Shown here piece by piece: positions 39,789 to 64,000 of a stretch of DNA of 64,000 bases. Numbering within the stretch: the first letter of the stretch is position 1; each line of letters begins with the position of its first letter. Source of the DNA: a virus (lineage: Duplodnaviria > Caudoviricetes); IMG/VR virus record IMGVR_UViG_3300037067_012588. One strand, given 5' to 3'. Position numbers and translations under genes: made by a program. Under the pieces are notes generated by a model. That model was not told the DNA's origin, did no database searches, and worked only from the letters and a program-made list of their open reading frames with translations.

Positions 39789-40340
39789 TCAATCCAAAAC
39801 GTCAGGAGGCCAAGCCACCAACAAATCCTTCGAGCGAATACAATCTTCATAGGTCAACCGATACTCTGGATTGATCTCCATAATGGCATCAATAATGTCC
39901 TTCTCAGGCGGGAATTCAAACTCTCCACGCTGCGCACAAGAAATGTCATCCACCATAATAATGTGATCTTTCCGTCCACTATCACGAATAGCATGAATCT
40001 CTTCAACAAGCGGACACCACTTTACACCGCAACCAGACTCTTCGATATAATGGTGAGCGTCCAAGTAGAAAGTGATTCGTTCTCCATTTGCCATCTTGAT
40101 AAGCTCTGGCATCATAACAAGCGAGTCACCGTGTACAATTGATACACGTCCCGATTTGATGTGTCCCTCGAATCTATTTAGACATTCTTTGTAAAATTCT
40201 TCAGCCAACTCAATACTAATGACTTTCGGAAATCCAACATTTAAACCGCCGCTTATCCCACAACCCTTGTATGAACCAGTCTCCAAAAAGACAGTTGTAT
40301 ATTTCACACTCTTCACCAACGCCTCCGCATTCAAACCCAT
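39789..40340 (-). CDS. SAM-methyltransferase-like protein (tandem copy 1)
   Basis: FLETGSYKGCG, FYLDAH, IMVDD. Visibly near-identical blocks with copy 2. Confidence 0.7.
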   Translation of the reverse strand: MGLNAEALVKSVKYTTVFLETGSYKGCGISGGLNVGFPKVISIELAEEFYKECLNRFEGHIKSGRVSIVHGDSLVMMPELIKMANGERITFYLDAHHYIEESGCGVKWCPLVEEIHAIRDSGRKDHIIMVDDISCAQRGEFEFPPEKDIIDAIMEINPEYRLTYEDCIRSKDLLVAWPPDVLD

Positions 40341-40349
40341 CAGAACCTC

Positions 40350-41639
40350 CTACGCTTCCTTGAGACAACCATCAATCCTCTTTCCAACCCACGCAGCACA
40401 TGGAACCGCCCAACTATTCCCAAGGGCTTTATATCTCGGACCATCTGAACAACTGTCTGCAGTCTTACCATTATAGGGTACTTTGGTGTAATTATCTGGA
40501 AACCCTTGAAGACGCTCACATTCAACTGGTGTCAACCTCCGAATATATGTTTCTTTGGCTATATAGTTTTGCTGCTTCATTCCGCCTTCGGCAGATATAC
40601 ACCCAGCAATATCGCCATCTCCGCCAACAAACCTAACCTCATCTCGTGAGTTTTGGACAAAACAAACTCCACTTGGTCTGCTTGGACGATTTTCACCTTC
40701 TGCCCTCAGTGTCCCAGAAACAGTGTCCTCCACCCAATAGCCCTTTCCTGACTCACGAATAAAAGCAACACCGTGAACACAAGCCGATGTTATTGTTTGT
40801 GATGGGTCTTTGTCTTCACCAACACCAACTCCCTGTCTGTTTGTTGCATCTCTCTTTTCTGGGTCACGAATCGCATTCCTCATGTCAATTGGGAAGCAAC
40901 TGACTCCAATAACTTTTTCAGAGCTTCTGGCAACGCCTTTCCTCTCGATTCCGCTCGTTTCAGAATCCCTTGACAGGCTTTTGGACTCAAAGAGTATTTC
41001 AGCGGGACAGAATCTTTCTCTAGCACTTGCGACAAGGAAACAACGTCGCCGTCGTTGGGCGACTCCGAAGTATTGAGCGTTGAGAGTTCTCCAACCAATG
41101 GCTCTTTGTTTGCCAAACACAATACCAGCGTTTGTCCATTTTCCCCCTGCTGGTTGAAGTGGCTCTTCTTCCCCAGACAACCCAGCAAGGAAGTTACCAA
41201 AGGCGTTTGTTTTGTCACTGTAGACTCCTGGAACATTCTCCCACATAATAACGCAGGGCTTCTTGCCCTGACGCTGGCGCACATCATCAATGGCGTTTGC
41301 TATCTTGATAAACGTCAAGGTCAACTGACCCCTCGGGTCATTCAGTCCCTTCCTGAGTCCGCTCACACTGAAACCCTGACAAGGCGTGCCACCAACTAGA
41401 ACATCTGGAGCCTCAACCTCTCCGCTGGATATTCTCTCTGGAAGCCTTGTCATATCTCCAAGGTTAGGAGTATCTGGGTAATGAAACGCCAACACAGCGT
41501 TCGGAAACGCTTCTATCTCACTCAACCAAGAAGTCTTCCATCCAAGAGGATGAAAGGCTACTGATGCCGCCTCTATGCCGCTACAAACGGAACCAAACGT
41601 TACAGACATTACAACCTCTTCTACTCTGCCAAATGCCAA
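40350..41639 (-). CDS. C5 DNA cytosine methyltransferase
   Basis: SVCSGIEA, GGTPCQ, WENVPG, QRRRR, RRLTPVECERLQGF, ALGNS. Start is probably MSVTF near 41609. Confidence 0.92.
   Translation of the reverse strand: MAFGRVEEVVMSVTFGSVCSGIEAASVAFHPLGWKTSWLSEIEAFPNAVLAFHYPDTPNLGDMTRLPERISSGEVEAPDVLVGGTPCQGFSVSGLRKGLNDPRGQLTLTFIKIANAIDDVRQRQGKKPCVIMWENVPGVYSDKTNAFGNFLAGLSGEEEPLQPAGGKWTNAGIVFGKQRAIGWRTLNAQYFGVAQRRRRCFLVASARERFCPAEILFESKSLSRDSETSGIERKGVARSSEKVIGVSCFPIDMRNAIRDPEKRDATNRQGVGVGEDKDPSQTITSACVHGVAFIRESGKGYWVEDTVSGTLRAEGENRPSRPSGVCFVQNSRDEVRFVGGDGDIAGCISAEGGMKQQNYIAKETYIRRLTPVECERLQGFPDNYTKVPYNGKTADSCSDGPRYKALGNSWAVPCAAWVGKRIDGCLKEA
40880..41290 (-). CDS. overlapping alternative-frame protein resembling M.EcoHK31I beta polypeptide
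   Basis: TLNTSESPN...SLSQVLE...YSLSPKACQGILKRAESRGKALPEAL. Start is uncertain. Confidence 0.55.
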   Translation of the reverse strand: MMMCASVRARSPALLCGRMFQESTVTKQTPLVTSLLGCLGKKSHFNQQGENGQTLVLCLANKEPLVGELSTLNTSESPNDGDVVSLSQVLEKDSVPLKYSLSPKACQGILKRAESRGKALPEALKKLLESVASQLT

Positions 41640-42262
41640 CGCTTTGGAATGAAATACTGCTCAATAAAAGAATCACCTTCTCGCTGACCAGCAAGATTCA
41701 AAGTTGGAGCATAAATCTTGATGTCGCCAAGCCTCGTATGACTTTGCCAAAAAAGCTCATCTGCACCTTTTCCCTGTGCCATCATATGTCCCCAACGCAA
41801 CAAAACGTTGTCGAAAACACGACTCGAAAAGGCACAGCAATTCAAACAGAAGTTCTCGTATATCTGGACAATCTTAAACTCTGTATTCGGGTCGTAATGA
41901 CGAACAGCATCCGTCTCGTAATAGATGTTCCGATAGAAATAAAAAACATCCCACGGATTGTTGTTTAGAAAATCTTTCGCAGTCTCCCAGTGATTCCAAA
42001 ATCCAGGTGCGAACTCATTGTCATCTTCCATAATCAGGACGTTTTTGAGATTCCGACTCTTAGCATCCTCCATAATCGAAATCAATGTTTTCAACAGACT
42101 TACCTGCCGAGCCCTCCTTGAATTGTCTGTTGCAGGAATGGACTGAACACGATGCGCTTGCATACCCATACGAAGCAACTCGGCTTCCATCAAAGCACGA
42201 CGTTTTGTTGCCTCTTCCAGATTCACATAATACGCATCATCAAAATATCCAAGAACGCTCAT
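41621..42262 (-). CDS. GT25-like glycosyltransferase
   Basis: YYVNL....KRR..M and VLIMEDD. Confidence 0.75.
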   Translation of the reverse strand: MSVLGYFDDAYYVNLEEATKRRALMEAELLRMGMQAHRVQSIPATDNSRRARQVSLLKTLISIMEDAKSRNLKNVLIMEDDNEFAPGFWNHWETAKDFLNNNPWDVFYFYRNIYYETDAVRHYDPNTEFKIVQIYENFCLNCCAFSSRVFDNVLLRWGHMMAQGKGADELFWQSHTRLGDIKIYAPTLNLAGQREGDSFIEQYFIPKRWHLAE

Positions 42263-42272
42263 TTTCAGCCCC

Positions 42273-43082
42273 TTATTTCTTCAAAGAATCCAACCACCTT
42301 GCCACATAATCTTCATCGTAAGCCCCACGGATAGAAATCACCCCAACACGTTTATCTCTTGTATACGTCGACAAACGATGCGAGTTTTCCAAATACAACG
42401 TCCTGTCAGGATACATGGACAAGGCAATCGTCAGTGGACCAGAAGCAACCCCAATAAATCCACGGCAACGCTGAAGCAAACCAATAAGACTCGGAACAGA
42501 AGCCTTACACCCACGAACAGTATTTGTCACAAAATCATATTTCTTATTTACAGGATTGTGGAAAATATGCTGGTAGTGAACCTCAAGCGGAACAAAACCT
42601 GCCTCCAATACCTGTTGCCAAAGTTTACGGGCATGATCTTCTGGACAATTCACTGTTCCAGGCAAAGCCGTTGAGTTGAAATGAAGCGCAACAATCGGAC
42701 TGTTGACAATTGGCATCTTCGCAAACTCACGCTCAATAAGAGAAGGCTCAATACCAATTTCCTGAACACAACAATACTCCGTCTTTGTCCAATCAGGAGT
42801 ATGTTCTGACATCGGATAATTGATTGAGAAAACAAGATCATATTGAGACTCATCCCATGTAACTTTACCGAAAATATCTTCCTGCCCGTTCTCAACGTAA
42901 AGATTAAAATTTACATTCGGATAAGCTTTTTTCAAAGCCTCAAACGCTGGATAAAACATCACAGTATCACCAAGACCATGACCAAACAGAATCATGACCT
43001 TTGCACCATCAAATAAATACTCAACCAACTTCTTATTTGTGTATTCTGTAATCGCTGCCATCTCAAGCCTGACCCTTCTCAA
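42273..43082 (-). CDS. GT9/heptosyltransferase-like glycosyltransferase
   Basis: FGHGLGD...ALKKAYP and LLQRCRGFIGVASGP. Start is probably MAAITEY near 43061. Confidence 0.7.
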   Translation of the reverse strand: MRRVRLEMAAITEYTNKKLVEYLFDGAKVMILFGHGLGDTVMFYPAFEALKKAYPNVNFNLYVENGQEDIFGKVTWDESQYDLVFSINYPMSEHTPDWTKTEYCCVQEIGIEPSLIEREFAKMPIVNSPIVALHFNSTALPGTVNCPEDHARKLWQQVLEAGFVPLEVHYQHIFHNPVNKKYDFVTNTVRGCKASVPSLIGLLQRCRGFIGVASGPLTIALSMYPDRTLYLENSHRLSTYTRDKRVGVISIRGAYDEDYVARWLDSLKK

Positions 43083-44079
43083 CCTCGAATTCCAGGTTGT
43101 CCATATACCGACGAATGTGCATCGAAACTTCCTCTGGCGTAATCATCGCCATACACTTTGCAACCCATTGCTCCCCAACCTGAACAGGCATATGACAAAG
43201 CTCATCATCCTTCCTGTCACCATCGTTCAACTTCACCACCCTCGACTTCCAACACCCTCCCATATCACAGCACGCCAACTGCCCGCATGTATGAAGAAAC
43301 TGTTGATTTGGACCTTGCTGCCAGTGATTCGGCTCCCTGCCACCAGACACGACCACACATGCTCTGGACTTCCTATTGAACCTTGGATGGGCAGGAACGG
43401 CATAACCAAGAATCATAGCCATACTGCAAGGAGTTAAGACTCCAAAAGAATTGTAAACAAGACGAATCATCTGACGTAAATCCGTCTGCCCAATCATGTT
43501 GATAACATTGTCACCCTTGAGGTCCGCATGAACGTGATGAGGGTGCTTAGCTCCAACTTGGACGAACGTGACATCCTTATTCATGTCAATCACCCGCTGA
43601 TAATAATCAAACGCCCACTGCTTTGCCGTATAATCGATTTTGTATCCAGCATTCACAACCCAATAAGGAATATCTGCCCCAACAATCTGCCTAACACCAG
43701 AGAACCACCACTTTTCTTCATCACGGATATGAATGAAACCATGCCAAGGAGCAGGGTCGATATGAACCTTGAGCGCAGCCATCATGTCGTAAAGAAACCC
43801 AGTTACGAAATGATATGGAAACTGATTGCTCTTGTGAATCGTTTCGTAACCTAGCTCATAAATCTCAACACTCTTGTCGTTCTCATCAAGTGATGTGATG
43901 TATGGAGCACCTTCAAACAACTGACCATAAGGACAACGAATATCTGTCAGAAATTTCCCAGGATAGGTCATATGCAGCGATAACATGGCATGAACAAGCA
44001 TCACACCATCACCTGGACTTTGACCATTCCTGAAAATAACCTTACGAACAGCTTTTGACTCTTCCGTCATGAGAATCAC
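43063..44079 (-). CDS. GT9/ADP-heptose transferase-like protein with Cys cluster
   Basis: QSPGD, AKQW...Y, GQTDLRQMIRLV, CCDMGGCWK...C...CMAMITPEEV. Confidence 0.75.
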   Translation of the reverse strand: MILMTEESKAVRKVIFRNGQSPGDGVMLVHAMLSLHMTYPGKFLTDIRCPYGQLFEGAPYITSLDENDKSVEIYELGYETIHKSNQFPYHFVTGFLYDMMAALKVHIDPAPWHGFIHIRDEEKWWFSGVRQIVGADIPYWVVNAGYKIDYTAKQWAFDYYQRVIDMNKDVTFVQVGAKHPHHVHADLKGDNVINMIGQTDLRQMIRLVYNSFGVLTPCSMAMILGYAVPAHPRFNRKSRACVVVSGGREPNHWQQGPNQQFLHTCGQLACCDMGGCWKSRVVKLNDGDRKDDELCHMPVQVGEQWVAKCMAMITPEEVSMHIRRYMDNLEFEVEKGQA

Positions 44080-44087
44080 CTTTCATA

Positions 44088-44618
44088 TTATCCATCAGTC
44101 TTTTTCTGAGGAACCGTATCTTTGAAAAATGGGCACTTTTCCTGAGTGCATTCAGGCTCAATGAGAAACTTCTTGGACGAATCGTGTTCTGGCGAGCAAC
44201 AATAGATACGAGAAACAACACCCCAGAACTTGGCCCGAAGCCTTTGAGGTGACTTCTGCATATAAACACAAGGAACCCGAAATCCTTTTGGAAAGAATGC
44301 CTCAACAATCGTGTTTAACCATTCGACAGCCTCTCCAGTTACAACAGAGCGAAGATTCCGAATCGCATCCGGAACCTTCGCCATTTTTTCCATGTTTGCT
44401 TTTGTTTCATCTGAGAATGCTACCGATGGAACTATCGCAGCATTGACTGGCACCGCCTGTGCGCCTGTGGTTAAAGGGATTCCGTGTGGACATGGAAAAT
44501 CGATTTGTTCGACATACCCGTTACGGAAAAACTCCTCTCGACGCCTTCTTGAGTTCCTACATTCTATGCATTGGGTAAACCCATCGCATACATTTTCTTG
44601 GAGAATTTTCACATCCAT
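44088..44618 (-). CDS. Cys-rich protein
   Basis: CDGFTQCIECR...FPCPHG at the N-terminus and C-terminal CC...CxxxxCP. Confidence 0.65.
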   Translation of the reverse strand: MDVKILQENVCDGFTQCIECRNSRRRREEFFRNGYVEQIDFPCPHGIPLTTGAQAVPVNAAIVPSVAFSDETKANMEKMAKVPDAIRNLRSVVTGEAVEWLNTIVEAFFPKGFRVPCVYMQKSPQRLRAKFWGVVSRIYCCSPEHDSSKKFLIEPECTQEKCPFFKDTVPQKKTDG

Positions 44619-44687
44619 CGTAAAATCCTAGCTTTTCATATTGTCAGGACACAAACATCCCGATACCAACAGCTACCTATAAAGTTT

Positions 44688-61241
<16,554 letters not shown>

Positions 61242-61317
61242 AGAAGAGACAATGCTTCTACCCTTGTCACTTCATCAAGATTTTATACGAAGTTGACAGG
61301 GTGTCCCGACAAGTTTT

Positions 61318-63276
61318 TTAGGAATATCTGCTAATAACCTCCGGAGCAGGGATGTAATGAAGCACTCTACCACCAAGAATATACGCAACATTGTCCTCAT
61401 AGCACGACCTACGCCCAGGACCTGTTCCGAAAATACCCGTCGCTTGACGCCAAGTCATGTTGTTCAAGTTCAACTCCCAACAATCTCCACGGTCTCCACT
61501 ACCAGAGCAGATGAACATTTGGTTTCTCCATCCAAAAACCTCATGAGCATATCTGCTTCCCGATGGCTTTGAACCAGTCGCATCCGCATATGGGGTAATG
61601 GTTTCCCATGTATCTGACAAGATGTTGTAGACAAAAATATTATCAGAATATGAACCAGATGCATCTGCTCCAAACGAATGATAAATCTTGTTGTTATAGG
61701 CAAAAGCTCCATGTCCATAACACATACGAGGACCATCGGCGAGCTTCGTCCACTTCATCGATGTGCAGTCAAACGCCCACATGCGAGCAAGACAATTGCT
61801 TGATCCAGTATTTGCCTCATACCCACCATGAACATAAACAACGCCATTCCACAAAACCGATGAATGGAAAATAGAACCACCAGGCATCATCGGGAGGAAA
61901 GCCCACTGATGCGTGTTCAAATCGAAAATACGAATCGTCAGAGTTGGACGACTGCCGTTTCCTGAACCACCAAACATGAAAATTTTGTCATTGAAAGCGT
62001 GCATCGTACCCCACTCGCAATTATCTGCACCGTTTGCAACGACCTTGGTCTTCTTAGTATTTGTGTCAAACTCATACAGAGTACAATCTTGAAACAAACC
62101 ACCTGACCATTCAGTGTTATATCTCGATGTTCCACGACCACCCATGACGTAAATCTTGCCCTTATAAGCACACATCTGATGATTTGAACGACTTCCCCAT
62201 ACACGCTCTTCCTGTGTAATGGCGTAATAACGATCTTCGTCAATTTCGAGATACTCAATCATCGAACGTCCATATCCAACATTCATTCCAAACTGATAGA
62301 TACGTCCGTTGAAATAGGATGCTGCTATTTCTCCACCACTCTCATAATTCGCACAACCTGTAAGCCAAACTTTTGTCGTCATGTTCATCATCAAGTGATT
62401 TCCACTTCCAACAAAATAAACCTTACCATCATCATGCATCGCAGCAACAGCATTTGACCTTGTCGTTGTAGCACCTATGGATGTCCATTTTGTTCCAGCA
62501 GATGCTGGATCATATTCCCAACATTCTGCCAGCCCCGAACCCCCAGAGTTTGTTCCAAATGCCATATAAAACTTGTTGTTATATCCCCACGATGAATGAT
62601 CTCGCCTGTTACTTGGAAAAACTGATCCATTGTCGAGTCCAGACCACAAATCTGTCAACGGATCATACTGCCAAATAGAACCCAGCGTTGTTCCTGTCTC
62701 ATCAATACCGCCATAAACCAAAATCTTTCCGTTAACGACAACAAGATTCCTCCCACAACGATGACGAGCAGGACACGATGAACCAACACCTCGCTGAATC
62801 CAATCTCCAGTTATCAAATCATAAGACCAAAGATCACTCAACGCAGACGAATTATATCCACCGAAAATCCACATCTTGTTGTCGTAAACACAAGCAGCAT
62901 GATGATAGCGAGCAGTAATGGGTTGAATACCAACTTCTGTAATAGACCCATCATTCGTATCGAACACCCACATACGATTCGTTGGGGCATTGTCCGCATA
63001 GAAGTTTGAACGGATAAGACCTCCAAAAATGTAAATCTTTCCGTTATAAGTCACAGCAGAAGAGTTTGAAATCAATGGAAGACACCAGAACTCAGTCCAT
63101 GATGTTTCAAGCGTACCCTCCATTCTTCCATCGATATTCTTCGAAGGCATTGGCCACTTTACTGCAGGCATATTCGCATCTGCAGTCTTGCAGAAATCAT
63201 TAGAAGCTTGGAAAAGATTTGTTGGAATCTTCCGCTGTGTCACCGAGACTGGAAAACCTGAAAATCCTACTGGCAT
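61318..63276 (-). CDS. Kelch-repeat protein (probably two propellers)
   Basis: About 11 repeats of H......KIY.FGG...YD....W. Confidence 0.9.
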   Translation of the reverse strand: MPVGFSGFPVSVTQRKIPTNLFQASNDFCKTADANMPAVKWPMPSKNIDGRMEGTLETSWTEFWCLPLISNSSAVTYNGKIYIFGGLIRSNFYADNAPTNRMWVFDTNDGSITEVGIQPITARYHHAACVYDNKMWIFGGYNSSALSDLWSYDLITGDWIQRGVGSSCPARHRCGRNLVVVNGKILVYGGIDETGTTLGSIWQYDPLTDLWSGLDNGSVFPSNRRDHSSWGYNNKFYMAFGTNSGGSGLAECWEYDPASAGTKWTSIGATTTRSNAVAAMHDDGKVYFVGSGNHLMMNMTTKVWLTGCANYESGGEIAASYFNGRIYQFGMNVGYGRSMIEYLEIDEDRYYAITQEERVWGSRSNHQMCAYKGKIYVMGGRGTSRYNTEWSGGLFQDCTLYEFDTNTKKTKVVANGADNCEWGTMHAFNDKIFMFGGSGNGSRPTLTIRIFDLNTHQWAFLPMMPGGSIFHSSVLWNGVVYVHGGYEANTGSSNCLARMWAFDCTSMKWTKLADGPRMCYGHGAFAYNNKIYHSFGADASGSYSDNIFVYNILSDTWETITPYADATGSKPSGSRYAHEVFGWRNQMFICSGSGDRGDCWELNLNNMTWRQATGIFGTGPGRRSCYEDNVAYILGGRVLHYIPAPEVISRYS

Positions 63277-63293
63277 CGTAAGCTCCTTTTAAT

Positions 63294-64000
63294 TTACATG
63301 TAACAAGTCATCGGTTCTGGCGAAGGCCAATATGAAACATTGTTCGGTCCGCCAACCATATATCCACGACCAGTCTCAGGGTCACAAGCCGCCTTTACGC
63401 CACGGCAATCACCTCGTGGACTATCTTGACCGCCACGAACCCAAGTCATCGTCACAAGGTCAACATACCAAACGTCTCCCCTGTTTGTTCCTTCACCAGC
63501 CGTGATAAACCAATATTGCCCACGACCCCATGATGCGAAGTTATACATCGAATTCGAAGGACGCCCAGCAACACCCGTAGAAATTGTCACAGAAGACCAT
63601 GAATTCGTCACAAAATCATAGACATACATCAAATCCGAATAAACAGTGCTTTCGTTATATCCAAACAAGACATACATCTTATCTCCAAACACATAAGCCT
63701 CATGTCCACGAGTCCTACGAGAAGAAGCTGCCAACTCAACCCATGTATCCAATGACGGGTCATATTTCCATAGTCTATTTTGGACACCTGAATCTCCATC
63801 GGTTACTCCACCAAAGACATAAAGGCAACCCTTATAGACAACAGTCGAATGAGACTGTAATCCAATTGGCATTGGACTGGCATATGTCCATTCCTTTGTT
63901 ATCGTATCCAAAACAGAAACACGATTGAGAGAATAAGCAGTATCTGTTCCACCAACGATATAAATCTTCGTTCCAATGAAATTTGCCGTAGCCAAACGTC
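63294..64000 (-). CDS. Kelch-repeat protein (5' end outside the window)
   Basis: KIYIVGG, LYVFGG, KYDP....W. The C-terminal part parallels 61318..63276. Confidence 0.85.
   Translation of the reverse strand, partial: RLATANFIGTKIYIVGGTDTAYSLNRVSVLDTITKEWTYASPMPIGLQSHSTVVYKGCLYVFGGVTDGDSGVQNRLWKYDPSLDTWVELAASSRRTRGHEAYVFGDKMYVLFGYNESTVYSDLMYVYDFVTNSWSSVTISTGVAGRPSNSMYNFASWGRGQYWFITAGEGTNRGDVWYVDLVTMTWVRGGQDSPRGDCRGVKAACDPETGRGYMVGGPNNVSYWPSPEPMTCYM

Noticed and set aside
35316-44079. Cellular LPS/capsule locus
   Set aside because: No flippase, polymerase or sugar-synthesis genes are present, and the cluster is embedded among phage morphogenesis genes. Action on DNA or host LPS is not fully excluded.

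Overview
This 64 kb window looks like the late, virion-morphogenesis region of a large tailed dsDNA phage. Every credible gene is on the minus strand, tightly packed, and many have AGGAG-type RBSs. No capsid, portal, terminase, sheath, tRNA or CRISPR was recognised. In transcription order (high to low coordinates) it contains: two Kelch-repeat proteins; a 5517-aa poly-serine fibre/adhesin-like protein; a block of about 7 glycosyltransferase-like and 3 SAM-methyltransferase-like genes with a C5 DNA methyltransferase among them; head-tail adaptor-like genes interspersed with about 10 small proteins sharing a short '[KR]x[VI]AxELxxIAKxL' helix; a frameshifted LAGLIDADG endonuclease; a tail-tube-like gene interrupted after 13 nt by a 271-nt group I intron; two more tube-like and three chaperone-like paralogues; tape measure; baseplate-like genes; an Ig-repeat protein; and an endonuclease-VII-type gene flanked by 66-bp direct repeats. 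The strongest leads are (1) a nested, Russian-doll domain architecture in the giant protein, with domains inserted inside other domains between poly-Ser tethers; (2) a probable virion glycosylation system acting on those Ser tracts; (3) a shared leader motif that may be a capsid-targeting or processing signal; and (4) the intron beside a free-standing endonuclease. All family calls come from reading motifs by eye. No searches were run.
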